From positions 22,336-86,335 of the forward strand of contig NZ_CAXHZI010000011.1 of assembly GCF_964021775.1 (NCBI RefSeq): a DNA stretch of 64,000 bases, in the 5' to 3' direction. The position numbers and the translations under genes were made by a program. Positions 19,869-29,493 of the stretch are shown piece by piece; positions within the stretch are counted from its first letter, which is position 1, and every line of letters begins with the position of its first letter. The notes beneath the pieces were generated by a model, which saw nothing but the letters and a program-made list of their open reading frames with translations, ran no database searches and had not been told where the DNA came from. Origin of the DNA: an uncultured Arthrobacter sp. (GTDB taxonomy: Bacteria > Actinomycetota > Actinomycetes > Actinomycetales > Micrococcaceae).

Positions 19869-20339
19869 CTACTTTGCGGCCTCGGCGTCAGCCTTCTTGG
19901 CAGCAGGCTTCTTCGCGGCAGGCTTCTTCGCGGCCTTCGGAGCCGCAGCGGCCTCGACCTGGACGGCCGGAGCGGACGTGTCGGCGGGCAGCGAGTCCTT
20001 GGCGACCTTGACCAGCGCGGCGAAGGCGTTGGCGTCGGAGACGGCCAGCTCGGCCAGCATACGGCGGTCAACCTCGACCTCAGCGGCCTTGAGGCCCTGG
20101 ATCAGACGGTTGTAGGTGAGGCCGTTAGCGCGGGAGGCAGCGTTGATGCGCTGGATCCAGAGGCGGCGGAAGTCGCCCTTCTTCTTCTTGCGGTCGCCGT
20201 AGCTGTACACAAACGAGTGCAGCAGCTGCTCTTTGGCCTTGCGGTACAGGCGTGAACGCTGTCCACGGTAGCCCTTTGCGCGTTCGAGGATAACCCTGCG
20301 CTTCTTGTGGGCGTTGACCGCCCTCTTCACACGTGCCAC
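19869..20339 (-). CDS. rplT: 50S ribosomal protein L20 with Ala/Pro/Lys-rich tail
   Basis: [37 protein letters not shown]. Confidence 0.98.
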   Translation of the reverse strand: MARVKRAVNAHKKRRVILERAKGYRGQRSRLYRKAKEQLLHSFVYSYGDRKKKKGDFRRLWIQRINAASRANGLTYNRLIQGLKAAEVEVDRRMLAELAVSDANAFAALVKVAKDSLPADTSAPAVQVEAAAAPKAAKKPAAKKPAAKKADAEAAK

Positions 20340-20458
20340 GTGCGTACTCCTTCGAAAATTCTGATCCCAAGCGTCTACTGCCGGAAACCCGGCCGGCCTG
20401 AGAAGCCTTTTTGGTAGTGGACCGCCGCCAGGTGGCTATCGGTCCGTGAACTTGGAAC

Positions 20459-20653
20459 TTAGATGCCGAGCATCTTCCGGATGACCTTGGCGTCGCCCTT
20501 GAAGACGATCTTGTCGCCGGCGAGGCGGCGGGTCAGCCTGGAGGACTTGTGCTCGAGGTAGTGACGGCGGTTGGCCTGCTGGCGGCGCAGCTTGCCGCTA
20601 CCGGTCAGCTTGAAGCGCTTCTTAGCACCGCTGTGGGTCTTCATCTTCGGCAT
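20459..20653 (-). CDS. rpmI: 50S ribosomal protein L35
   Basis: [21 protein letters not shown]. Confidence 0.98.
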   Translation of the reverse strand: MPKMKTHSGAKKRFKLTGSGKLRRQQANRRHYLEHKSSRLTRRLAGDKIVFKGDAKVIRKMLGI

Positions 20654-20767
20654 GGGAACCGATCTCCTTACGTATCCGCAGACGGGTCTGCAGTCTTTCG
20701 TGCAGCCACCCCTGCGGGCGGCGTGCTGGTTGCCTGCTGCCGGACATTGCGGTCCGGCAGCCGTGAA

Positions 20768-21865
20768 CTAGTTGGTCTTCTTGCTGCCCGGCTTGGCGGC
20801 GGCCTTGGGAGCCGCCGGCCGTGCGGCAGGCTTCGGCGCCGCTGGACGCGGAACCGGCTTTGGAGCAGCAACGGGCTTCGGTGCCGCGGCAGGGGCGGCC
20901 TTGTCAGCCTCGGGGGCCTTAGCGGCAACCGGGGCCTTCTCGGCGGCCTTCGGCGCTGCGGGCGCCTTGGCTGCTGCCGGCTTGGCAGGGGCCTTGGGAG
21001 CCTCAGCCTTGGGGGCTTCACGCTTCGGGGCGGCCTTGGGCGCCTTGGCGGCCTGCTGCTTCGGCGCTTCCTGGGCGGGAGCCTTCGCAGCCGGCGCTTC
21101 CTCGGTCTGAGCCTCGGCGGCCGGGGCCTCCGTGGCTGCTGCTGCTTCGGCCGGAGCTTCCGTCGCCGGTGCCTCGGCCGCGGGGGCCTCGGTCCGGACC
21201 TGGTAGCCCTCCGGAAGAAGATCGGCGAGCGACTGCGTCAGGGGCGCCTCGGGGCCGGACGTGTCAACGCGGCCACCACCTGTTGCCTTGGCTTCGTTCT
21301 CGGCCTTGGCTTCTGCGCGCTGCGTTGCACGGCGGGCCTCTGCCTTGGCTTCTGCCTTGTTCTTCAGCGGTCCGACCACCATGACCATGTTGCGGCCGTC
21401 GATGCGCGGGCTGGACTCCACAACGCCCACTTCGGCGACGTCGTCAGCGAAGCGCTGGAGCAGGCGGATGCCCATCTCGGGGCGCTGCTGCTCACGGCCG
21501 CGGAACTGGATCATGGCCTTGACCTTGTCACCGGCGCCGAGGAAGCGGAGCGCGTGGCCGCGCTTCGTCTCGTAGTCGTGGGTGTCGATCTTCAGGCGGA
21601 AGCGGATTTCCTTCAGGACCGTGTTGGTCTGGTTCTTCCGGGCTTCGCGTGCCTTAACGGCCGCTTCGTACTTGTACTTGCCGAAGTCCATCAGCTTGCA
21701 CACCGGAGGCTTGGCCTGCGGTGCAACTTCAACGAGATCAAGGTCGGACTCGGCAGCCAAACGCAGGGCATCCTCAATACGGACAACGCCTACTTGTTCG
21801 CCTGCAGGGCCGACCAGCCGCACCTCGGGGACGCGGATACGCTCATTGATTCTTGGCTCGCTAAT
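20768..21865 (-). CDS. infC: Translation initiation factor IF-3 (AUU start) with long low-complexity C-terminal tail
   Basis: [36 protein letters not shown]; AGGAG-7nt-ATT at 21865. Confidence 0.93.
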   Translation of the reverse strand: MSEPRINERIRVPEVRLVGPAGEQVGVVRIEDALRLAAESDLDLVEVAPQAKPPVCKLMDFGKYKYEAAVKAREARKNQTNTVLKEIRFRLKIDTHDYETKRGHALRFLGAGDKVKAMIQFRGREQQRPEMGIRLLQRFADDVAEVGVVESSPRIDGRNMVMVVGPLKNKAEAKAEARRATQRAEAKAENEAKATGGGRVDTSGPEAPLTQSLADLLPEGYQVRTEAPAAEAPATEAPAEAAAATEAPAAEAQTEEAPAAKAPAQEAPKQQAAKAPKAAPKREAPKAEAPKAPAKPAAAKAPAAPKAAEKAPVAAKAPEADKAAPAAAPKPVAAPKPVPRPAAPKPAARPAAPKAAAKPGSKKTN

Positions 21866-22119
21866 GTTAAAGCTCCTGTGTTCGTGAGGGGTATTCCACC
21901 GGAAATAAGAGAAGGCCTCCCATTGCCGGAGCAATCGAAGGCCTCGAAGACCGGAGCTGCCTGCCTCTGATGAGAGACGGCATACACCCTGCCAGGCTGG
22001 CGCCCGGGAAGAATGCCCGACCAGGTACCCGGCAACCTTGCTTCTTGCGAAGCTTCCCGAAGGAGAGCGGCTGACGCGGGTGGGAGAGAACTCCGCTTGC
22101 AAACTGAAAGCCAATTCTA
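21866..22119 (-). promoter_or_regulatory. infC-rpmI-rplT 5' leader: -10 TAGAAT, L20-leader-like motif and terminator-like hairpin
   Basis: TAGAAT at 22114-22119; AAGCGGAGTTCTCTCCCACCCG near 22076-22098; 15-bp stem with cUCCGg loop (21912-21945) followed by U-rich TCTTATTT. Confidence 0.6.
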
Positions 22120-22226
22120 CAGAAAGATACCCGTTCAGCGCACGCAGGCGCTGGCGGGTCTCTGCCTTGTTTCTCAACATCTGCAGAAATAACGACATTC
22201 AGTCGGTCTGTGACAAGCTTACCAGC

Positions 22227-22613
22227 ATGAGCACTTCAGACAGTAATTCACACGTTTACCAGCCGGCGGACGCGCAGGGCGATGTCTCCCAGCAGATCCG
22301 CGACATCTCCGAGGTCCCCGCGATCGAGGTCATTACCACCGCCGCCGTTCACCTCATGAGCGCCGCCGCCGTGAAGCTTGGCCTGGCCGCCGAGGACAAC
22401 GCCGAAGAGCTCAAGGACCTGGACGAGGCACGCAAACTGATCACGGCCCTGGCCGGGCTGGTCACCGCCGCGGCCCCGGAGATCGGCTCCCAGCACGCCG
22501 GACCGTTGCGCGACGGACTGCGTTCCCTGCAGCTGGCCTTCCGCGAGGAATCCGCTATCCCGGATGCGCCGGGCAAGGGCCCGGGCGAGAAGTACACCGG
22601 CGCGGTTAATTAG
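22227..22613 (+). CDS. DUF1844-family protein
   Basis: DISEVPAIEVITTAAVHLMSAAAVKLGL, DLDEARKLITALAG, LRSLQLAFRE. Confidence 0.8.
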   Translation: MSTSDSNSHVYQPADAQGDVSQQIRDISEVPAIEVITTAAVHLMSAAAVKLGLAAEDNAEELKDLDEARKLITALAGLVTAAAPEIGSQHAGPLRDGLRSLQLAFREESAIPDAPGKGPGEKYTGAVN

Positions 22614-22652
22614 TCGCCGGCGCCTGCCCGGCAGGGTAGCGCGGCAGCAGCC

Positions 22653-22702
22653 AACGACGACGGCGGCGGCCGGACCACAGCGGTCCGGCCGTCGTCGTCG
22701 TT
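22653..22702. terminator. Hairpin terminator between convergent genes
   Basis: aacgacgacggcggcggccggacc-acagc-ggtccggccgtcgtcgtcgtt. Confidence 0.7.
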
Positions 22703-22748
22703 AAGACGTTTCCCCGGCGGGGGCGCTGCCGGCGAAGCCCAGGGCCCG

Positions 22749-24071
22749 CTAGGCTGCGGCGAGCCGGCGCCGGCGGCGGTGCTGCAGGACCAGGCCGACG
22801 ACGCACAGCACCACGCCGGCCAGCCCCACGGAAATGAATCCCGCGCCCGGTCCCACGCCGTCGATGAAGAGCCCGGCCAGCGGGGCGCCGAGGGCCACGC
22901 CGCCGGTGAGCGCCGAGCCGTACCAGCCCATGGCCTCGCCGCGGCGGCCCTCCTCCACCAGTTCCGCCACCTTCTCCGACGCGGCTGAGAGCACCGGGGC
23001 GCAGAGCAGGCCCGGCAGCAGCGACAGCAGGGCCAGCGTCCAGGTGTCCTGCGCGAACGCCATGGGAAGGGTCAGCGCAGACATCCCCAACAACAGCAGG
23101 ACGGGCGACACGGGCCGGTGCATGGCGCCGTAGACCAGGCCGCCCAGCACCGAGGCCGCGCACCAGAACAGGAAGACGATGCCGATTTCGGCCTGGTGGC
23201 CGCCCGTCTGCAGGGCGGCGACGATTCCGACGTCGGTGCCGCTGAGCACCATGCCGGCACCGGCGGCGACGGCGAAGACCGCCGCCACGGCGGCCGTGAA
23301 CCAGGCGAAGTTGTGGCGGACCTTGTGCCGCAGGCTGGATCCGCCCTGCCGCCGCTGCTCCGCGGCCGCCAACGGCGCCAGCTCGGCCGCGGCCTCCTGC
23401 AAGTGGGCGGGCGCCGCGGCGACCAGGGCGGTCTCCGCGCCCTCCTGCTGGCATGCCTCGAACGCCGGATCCGGGGCCAGGCCGGACACGGCGCTGCGGG
23501 TGGGCGGGTTGATCCACATGAGGAACAGCCCGGAGAGCGAGGTGGCGACGCCGACCACGGTGAGGCCAAGCACGGAGTAACCCGCGGTGGCGACCAGGGC
23601 GCCGGCGGCGGGGCCGATCATAAAGACCAGCTCGGTGCTGATTGCATCCAGGGCGAACGCCGTCCGGCGCCGCTCACCGGTGGCGAGAATGCCCAGCGAC
23701 TGGCGCACCACACTGAAAATCGGCAGCGTGAGCAGCCCGCCCACGAAGACCAGCGGCAGCAGCAATTGGTAGCTGACGTGCGGCACGATCGACCAGATGA
23801 CCGTCTCGGAGACGACGGACGGGATCAGCGCCCGGCGCAGGCCGACCGTGTCCACGCGGCGCCCGCGCCACGGGGCGCCCACGGCGATGCCGATTGTCAT
23901 GACCGCGGCGGCCGCCCCTGCGGCGGCGTAGCCCTGCCCCAGGCTCAGGACAATGTGCAGGGTCAGCAGCACCCCGGCGGCGGAGTGCGGGATGCGGGCA
24001 ACCATGCCCACGAGCAGGAGGTTCCTGATGGGCCTCACGGCCAGCAGATCCCGGTAAAGCGCGAAGTTCAC
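22749..24071 (-). CDS. MFS transporter
   Basis: GRRVDTVGLRRAL loop motif, ~12 TM segments, EGRRGEAMGW. Confidence 0.85.
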   Translation of the reverse strand: MNFALYRDLLAVRPIRNLLLVGMVARIPHSAAGVLLTLHIVLSLGQGYAAAGAAAAVMTIGIAVGAPWRGRRVDTVGLRRALIPSVVSETVIWSIVPHVSYQLLLPLVFVGGLLTLPIFSVVRQSLGILATGERRRTAFALDAISTELVFMIGPAAGALVATAGYSVLGLTVVGVATSLSGLFLMWINPPTRSAVSGLAPDPAFEACQQEGAETALVAAAPAHLQEAAAELAPLAAAEQRRQGGSSLRHKVRHNFAWFTAAVAAVFAVAAGAGMVLSGTDVGIVAALQTGGHQAEIGIVFLFWCAASVLGGLVYGAMHRPVSPVLLLLGMSALTLPMAFAQDTWTLALLSLLPGLLCAPVLSAASEKVAELVEEGRRGEAMGWYGSALTGGVALGAPLAGLFIDGVGPGAGFISVGLAGVVLCVVGLVLQHRRRRRLAAA

Positions 24072-24134
24072 GAAACTGCATTCCTTTGTGTACTGCCCTC
24101 GGCAGCACCGGAATGTCTCCGCGCCGGTTCCCGG

Positions 24135-25025
24135 CTACTGTGCTGCGCGCTGCAACTTGATTTCGATCGAGTCGACCCGTTCGGCGAACGTGTCATTCCG
24201 GGCCCAGGCGTCGTTGAGTCCGGCGACGATGGACTGTACCGCGGCGGGGTCGAGCCCGTCTTCAAGGTACAGCACCACGCGGAGCTCCGGGCCCGCGCCA
24301 CCGCCGGGAAGCTGCCGGCCGCCGGCCTGCGCCGAGGCAACGCCGCCGCCGGGATGGATTTCCACCCGGCGCAGCGCGGGAACGCCGGCCGCGGCAGCGC
24401 CCACTGCCTCCGCCACCGCCGGGTCGCTGTAGCTGGGTAGCCAGGCGTGCTGCCGGGCCAGCGCCCAGACGGCGGGACGGCGCACCACGAAGGTGGTTGC
24501 CGAGCCTGGATCCAGCACCAGCAGTTCGGCGCCCTCGGCGACGGCGGACAGGGCGGCGCGGGCGGCGTATACCGCCACGGGCCGGGCCGCTGCGTGCCAG
24601 GCGGCGAGGGCCTCGGCCGAGGTGAAGACCGGCAGGGCCGTCCTGCCGTCCGGCGCCTTGAGGGTCACCAGGGCCATGTCAGCCTGCTTGTCGCCGTGCA
24701 CTTCGCCGCCGTGCGCGCCTGCCACGGCGTCGCCTTCTTCGGCGAGGCTGGCGAGGATGGGCACAAAGACGCGGGCGGACGCCAAGGACGCCACCACGGC
24801 CGCCTCGTCGCCTGCGCCGGACGCGAGGTCCGCCAGCGCCGCGAGGTAGCCGGCGTCGGCGGCGCCGTCGTCGTCCTCGAAGTTGTGGATCCTGGCGTCC
24901 TCGCCGCTGAGGCTGCGCCCGGCCCAGGGCTGCCCGGCGGAGTCCGTCGCTCCGCCGGCGCCGGCGAGGGCGGCAGCGATGTGGCCGGGCAGGGGGCGGC
25001 CGCCGGGCTCGGTGGTGTGCTCCAT
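24135..25025 (-). CDS. SseB-family protein
   Basis: DSAGQPWAGR, DKQADMALVTL, DGRTALPVFTS, LVLDPGS. Confidence 0.78.
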   Translation of the reverse strand: MEHTTEPGGRPLPGHIAAALAGAGGATDSAGQPWAGRSLSGEDARIHNFEDDDGAADAGYLAALADLASGAGDEAAVVASLASARVFVPILASLAEEGDAVAGAHGGEVHGDKQADMALVTLKAPDGRTALPVFTSAEALAAWHAAARPVAVYAARAALSAVAEGAELLVLDPGSATTFVVRRPAVWALARQHAWLPSYSDPAVAEAVGAAAAGVPALRRVEIHPGGGVASAQAGGRQLPGGGAGPELRVVLYLEDGLDPAAVQSIVAGLNDAWARNDTFAERVDSIEIKLQRAAQ

Positions 25026-25038
25026 GGCTGGGGCGTGC

Positions 25039-25785
25039 CTAGCGGCGGCCGGCGGCGTCGAGGGCTTCGGGCAGCGTGAAGTTGCCGTTGTAGAGGGCCT
25101 TGCCGACGATGGCGCCCTCGACGCCGAGCGGCACGAGTGAACGCAGGACTTTGAGGTCTTCGAGGCTCGAGATGCCGCCTGAGGCCACGACGGGCTTGCC
25201 GGTCTTCTCCACCATCTGGCGCAGCAGCTCGACGTTGGGGCCCTGCAGGGTGCCGTCCTTAGTGACGTCGGTGACGACGTAGCGGGCGCAGCCGGCTTCT
25301 TCGAGGCGGCCTAGGACCTCCCAGAGATCGCCGCCTTCCTTGGTCCAGCCGCGGCCGGCGAGGGTGGTGCCGCGGACGTCGAGGCCGACGGCGATCTTGT
25401 CGCCGAAGCGCTCGATTACCCGCTGCGTCCATTCGGGGTTCTCCAGCGCCGCGGTGCCCAGGTTCACCCTGGCGACGCCAAGGTCCAGGGCCTTTTCGAG
25501 GGATTCGTCGTCGCGCAGCCCCCCGGAGAGCTCAACCTTGATGTCCAGCCGGCCGACGACCTCGCGCAGCAGTTCGGCGTTGGACCCGCGGCCGAAGGCG
25601 GCGTCGAGGTCGACGAGGTGGACCCATTCGGCGCCCTGTTCCTGCCAGTTCAGCGCGGCTTCCAGCGGCGTGCCGTAGCTGGTTTCGCTGCCGGCCTCGC
25701 CCTGGACCAGGCGCACGGCCTGGCCGTTGACGACGTCGACGGCGGGGAGCAGCTCGAGTACCGGCAGTGGGGTTTCGGTGGTCAT
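25039..25785 (-). CDS. priA: Phosphoribosyl isomerase A (HisA/PriA, likely bifunctional HisA/TrpF)
   Basis: [51 protein letters not shown]. Confidence 0.95.
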   Translation of the reverse strand: MTTETPLPVLELLPAVDVVNGQAVRLVQGEAGSETSYGTPLEAALNWQEQGAEWVHLVDLDAAFGRGSNAELLREVVGRLDIKVELSGGLRDDESLEKALDLGVARVNLGTAALENPEWTQRVIERFGDKIAVGLDVRGTTLAGRGWTKEGGDLWEVLGRLEEAGCARYVVTDVTKDGTLQGPNVELLRQMVEKTGKPVVASGGISSLEDLKVLRSLVPLGVEGAIVGKALYNGNFTLPEALDAAGRR

Positions 25786-25844
25786 CGGAAGGTCCTCACG
25801 GTGTTGGGGCGGCGGGTCGGGGAAAGGGTGCGCGTTTTGCGGGC

Positions 25845-25901
25845 GGTCAGTTGCACGGCAGGGTCAGTTGCACGGAAGGGTCAGTTTCCCGGCAGGGTCA
25901 A
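25845..25901 (+). repeat. 17-bp tandem repeat x~3.4 spanning the stop codon of the small his-operon gene
   Basis: ggtcagttgcacggcag / ggtcagttgcacggaag / ggtcagtttcccggcag / ggtca. Confidence 0.8.
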
Positions 25902-26039
25902 GAGCCAGGCAGCCAGCAGCGCCATGCCGGCCAGGACGTAGAACACGACCTGGACCCACAGCGGACTTTTCTGCTGCCGGAAGGACAAGGCACCGCCAAC
26001 CAGCAGGCCGGCGAGGCCCATCAACACGATGGACCACAT
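25881..26039 (-). CDS. 52-aa two-helix membrane protein (absent from the ORF track)
   Basis: MWSIVLMGLAGLLVGGALSFRQQKSPLWVQVVFYVLAGMALLAAWLLTLPGN; ATG abuts hisH TAG. Confidence 0.75.
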   Translation of the reverse strand: MWSIVLMGLAGLLVGGALSFRQQKSPLWVQVVFYVLAGMALLAAWLLTLPGN

Positions 26040-26816
26040 CTAGGCGGTCTGTTCCGGTGTAGCGGTCTGTTCCGGTGCGGCGGGCTGGCCGGTACCGGCC
26101 TTGGGGCCGCCGCGGAGGCTGTCCACCCAGTTGCGGAGCAGGCGCGCACCTGCGTCGCCGGACTTTTCCGGGTGGAACTGGGTGGCGCACAGCGGGCCGT
26201 TTTCGACCGCGGCGATGAACGGGGCGCCGTGCTCGGCCCAGGTCACCAGCGGGGCGGCCATCCGCGGCTGGATCACGTCGAAGTCCCAGTGCTGGACACC
26301 ATAAGAGTGCACGAAGTAGAAGCGTTCGTTTTCGACGCCGGCGAAGAGCCGGGAGCCCTCCGGCACGGTGACCGTGTTCCAGCCCATGTGCGGCACGACC
26401 TCGGCCGGCAGGAGCTCGACCTTGCCCGGCCACTCCCCCATGCCCTCGGCCACAGTGCCGTGTTCCACGCCGGCTTCGAACAGGACCTGCAGTCCGACGC
26501 AGATTGCGAGCACGGGCCGGCCGCCAGCGACGCGGCGGCCGATCATGCGGACGGCGTCGACGGCCTTGAGCTCGTTCATGACAGTTTCGAACGCACCGAC
26601 GCCGGGAACGACAAGCCCGTCCGCGTTGAGCACATCCTCGGGCTTGGAGCTGAGGATGACCTCGGCCCCGGCGCGTTCGAGGGCGCGGACGGCGGAGCGG
26701 ACGTTGCCGGAACCGTAGTCGAGCACGGTGACGGTGGGCTTACCCTCGGGCGAGACCGGCTTCCTGCTGGCGTCGGGGTTGATGATGGCCCCGTCCCGGA
26801 GCACCTTGCCGGTCAC
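26040..26816 (-). CDS. hisH: Imidazole glycerol phosphate synthase glutaminase subunit
   Basis: [32 protein letters not shown]. Confidence 0.96.
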   Translation of the reverse strand: MTGKVLRDGAIINPDASRKPVSPEGKPTVTVLDYGSGNVRSAVRALERAGAEVILSSKPEDVLNADGLVVPGVGAFETVMNELKAVDAVRMIGRRVAGGRPVLAICVGLQVLFEAGVEHGTVAEGMGEWPGKVELLPAEVVPHMGWNTVTVPEGSRLFAGVENERFYFVHSYGVQHWDFDVIQPRMAAPLVTWAEHGAPFIAAVENGPLCATQFHPEKSGDAGARLLRNWVDSLRGGPKAGTGQPAAPEQTATPEQTA

Positions 26817-27433
26817 AGCGCGCCCTTGGTGGAGGGGATGCCCTCGACCCGCGGGTCCGGCTCCACGGCGGCGCGCAGTGCACGGGCGAAGGCCTTGAAC
26901 TGGGCCTCGACGATGTGGTGCGGGTCCCGGCCGGCAGTGACGTTCATGTGCAGGCAGATCCCGGCGTGCAGGGTGATGGCCTCGAAGACATGCCGGGTCA
27001 GGGAGCCGGTGAAGTGTCCGCCGATGAGGTGGTACTCCTGACCGGCCGGTTCGCCGGCGTGCACCAGGTAGGGACGGCCGGAAACGTCGACGACGGCTTG
27101 GGCCAGCGCCTCGTCGAGCGGGACCGTGGCCTCGCCGAAGCGGCGGATGCCGGCCTTGTTGCCCAGCGCCGTGCGAAGGACCTCGCCGAAGGTGATGGCG
27201 ACGTCTTCCACGGTGTGGTGGACGTCGATGTGGATGTCGCCGGTGGCCTTGACCGTCATGTCGATCAAGGAGTGCTTGCTCAGCGCGGTCAGCATGTGGT
27301 CGTAGAACGGCACGGAGGTGCTGATGTCCGAGACGCCGGTGCCGTCCAGGTTGATCTCGACCAGGACGGAGGATTCACTGGTGGTCCGCTCCAGGCGTGC
27401 GGTCCGGGCAGCGGCTGATCCGGTGTTGCTCAT
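26813..27433 (-). CDS. hisB: Imidazoleglycerol-phosphate dehydratase
   Basis: [26 protein letters not shown]. Confidence 0.97.
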   Translation of the reverse strand: MSNTGSAAARTARLERTTSESSVLVEINLDGTGVSDISTSVPFYDHMLTALSKHSLIDMTVKATGDIHIDVHHTVEDVAITFGEVLRTALGNKAGIRRFGEATVPLDEALAQAVVDVSGRPYLVHAGEPAGQEYHLIGGHFTGSLTRHVFEAITLHAGICLHMNVTAGRDPHHIVEAQFKAFARALRAAVEPDPRVEGIPSTKGAL

Positions 27434-27501
27434 GTGGGGTGTCCTTTGGATGAGGCGGGCGCCCGGCGAACGGGGCGGTGTGCGTGGGTCCTGGCTTAAG
27501 T

Positions 27502-28620
27502 CTAGGCGGACTGCACTTCGTGGCCGGTCAGGATCCGTTCGAGGGCTTCCAGAAACGCTGTGGTTTCCGTCTCAGTTCCGGCGGTCACGCGCAGGTGGCC
27601 AGGGATGCCGACGTCGCGGATGAGCACGCCGGCGTCCAACAGCCCCTGCCAGGTCTCGTGCGGGTTCTCGAGGCCGCCGAAGAAGACGTAGTTCGAGTCG
27701 GAGGCGGCGGGCTTGAGGCCCATCCGGGTCAGCTCCATCACGATCCGGTCGCGCTGGCGCTTGATGTCCTCGACGTCGGCCATCAGTGCCACCCGGTGGC
27801 GAAGGGCGGCCAGCGCCGTCGCCTGGGTGATGGCGGAGAGGTGGTACGGCAGCCGGACCAGGCGCAGCGCATCGGTGACCTCCGGGGCCGCTGCCATGTA
27901 GCCGAGCCGGGCCCCGGCCAGGGCAAAGGCCTTGCTCATGGTGCGCGAGACGATGAGCCGCTCGCGGCCGGGCAGCAGGGTCAGGGCGCTGGGCGTGCCG
28001 TCGTGGGCGAACTCGTGGTACGCCTCGTCGACGATCACGATGGTCTGGCTGGCTTCGCCGGCTTCGTAAACGGCCTCGACGACGTCGAGCCCCAGGCCGG
28101 TGCCGGTGGGGTTGTTCGGTGAGCAGAGGAAGACGACGTTGGGCTTCAGCTCCCGGACCTGGCGGGCTGCCGATTCCGCGCTGAGCCCGTAGTCCTCGGC
28201 GCGGACCCCGACGATGTATTCGGTGTCCGTGCCGGCGGCGAGCAGGGGGTACATCGAGTACGTGGGCGGGAAGCCGAGCGCGGTGCGGCCCGGGCCGCCG
28301 AAGGCCTGGAGGATTTGCTGCAGGACCTCGTTCGAACCGTTGGCTGCCCAGATGTTGCCGGCGTCCAGGCCGTGGCCGAGGTACTCGGCGAGGGCTTCGC
28401 GCAGTTCGGTGAACTCGCGGTCCGGGTATCGGTTCAGTCCCGCCGCGGCCTCCGTCACGGCCTCGGCGATGGCCGCGCGGACGTCGGCCGGGACGCCATG
28501 GGTGTTCTCGTTGACGTTCAGCAGGATGGGGACATCCAACTGGGGCGCACCGTAGGGGCGCAGTCCCCGCAGATTGGTCCGGAGGGGCAGTCGGTTGAGG
28601 CGCTCTAGCTGGTCAGTCAC
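27502..28620 (-). CDS. hisC: Histidinol-phosphate aminotransferase
   Basis: [40 protein letters not shown]. Confidence 0.96.
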   Translation of the reverse strand: MTDQLERLNRLPLRTNLRGLRPYGAPQLDVPILLNVNENTHGVPADVRAAIAEAVTEAAAGLNRYPDREFTELREALAEYLGHGLDAGNIWAANGSNEVLQQILQAFGGPGRTALGFPPTYSMYPLLAAGTDTEYIVGVRAEDYGLSAESAARQVRELKPNVVFLCSPNNPTGTGLGLDVVEAVYEAGEASQTIVIVDEAYHEFAHDGTPSALTLLPGRERLIVSRTMSKAFALAGARLGYMAAAPEVTDALRLVRLPYHLSAITQATALAALRHRVALMADVEDIKRQRDRIVMELTRMGLKPAASDSNYVFFGGLENPHETWQGLLDAGVLIRDVGIPGHLRVTAGTETETTAFLEALERILTGHEVQSA

Positions 28621-28711
28621 CTGCCCAGTTTAAGTGAGACCGGCCCCGGCCCCGAAACTGTGACCGTCCGGGGCCCTCCGGGGCGGCCGACGGCAGCCTT
28701 CCAGGGGTGGT

Positions 28712-29104
28712 CTATTTGGCGGGTACGTAGAGCTGCTGGCCGGGGATGACCCGCGCGGCTTCGAGGTTGTTCAGCTGCACGATGTCGGCGACAACGTCGC
28801 GGGGGTCCCGCTCCGGGGCGACTTCACCGGCGATGGCCCAGAGCGACTCCCCCGGCTGGACCGTCACCGTGACGGTCGGTGTGAGCGAGAGCTCCGCGGC
28901 CGAGTCGGCGGCCTTGGCCGGGGCGTTCAGGAACCCGGCCAGGGAGAGGACCAGGGCGGCCAGCAGGATCAGCGGCAGGCCGAAGAAGACGAAGCGTCCG
29001 CGGCGGGTCAGCCTCAGCGGAGCCTGCCGGGAGGCAGCAGCGGGTGCCGCCTCCTGGGCGGGAGCGGAAACGGACGAACCGGAAATAGCGCTTACTGCTG
29101 ACAT
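28712..29104 (-). CDS. Membrane-anchored LysM protein divergent from lexA (ChiZ/YneA-like SOS division inhibitor candidate)
   Basis: LRLTRRGR, one TM helix, C-terminal LysM VQPGESLWAIA...LNNL...PGQQLYVP. Confidence 0.8.
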   Translation of the reverse strand: MSAVSAISGSSVSAPAQEAAPAAASRQAPLRLTRRGRFVFFGLPLILLAALVLSLAGFLNAPAKAADSAAELSLTPTVTVTVQPGESLWAIAGEVAPERDPRDVVADIVQLNNLEAARVIPGQQLYVPAK

Positions 29105-29264
29105 GAGCTGAGCCCTCCTGGACTTATCTGTGCCGCCCGGCGTACTCCACGTACCTGCCGCCAACCGGCCGAACCATCGAACGCATTACCTTCGATCGCG
29201 AACCCTCGAACACGAAACTTCGAACACACCGCCGAATCCTAAGAACCGGCAAGGCTTCGAAACT

Positions 29265-29280
29265 TCGAACACATATTCGA
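29265..29280. promoter_or_regulatory. LexA box 1 in the lysM/lexA divergent region
   Basis: TCGAAC-ACAT-ATTCGA. Confidence 0.82.
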
Positions 29281-29331
29281 ACTTCGCTGTTTCTGTTTTA
29301 GCACTTATGAACGAACATTGTCGAGACTCGC

Positions 29332-29347
29332 TAGAACAAATGTTTGA
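29332..29347. promoter_or_regulatory. LexA box 2 in the lysM/lexA divergent region
   Basis: TAGAAC-AAAT-GTTTGA, two mismatches to consensus. Confidence 0.65.
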
Positions 29348-29493
29348 AAAACCCTGGCGGCTGCCCTACTTTTGAATCACAGGACAACCACTTGGGTTGG
29401 TCAGCAACAGTTGATCAGCGGGGTCTGACATTGTTCGGACCGAACGGTCCCGGCAGCCACGGCAGCCGGGCGGAATGGAAAGGCATGGCGAAC

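Noticed and set aside
21866-22198. 111-codon N-terminal extension of infC in the ORF track; likewise extensions on dapA (to 49782), moeA (to 55908), hflX (to 34447), lexA (from 29344) and dapB (to 52755)
   Set aside because: Homology begins at the downstream starts, which have RBS or -10 signals. The extensions run through promoters or neighbouring genes.
25845-25901. Short direct repeats as a possible CRISPR array or iterons
   Set aside because: Units are contiguous with no spacers, derive from the adjacent gene end, and there are no cas or rep genes.
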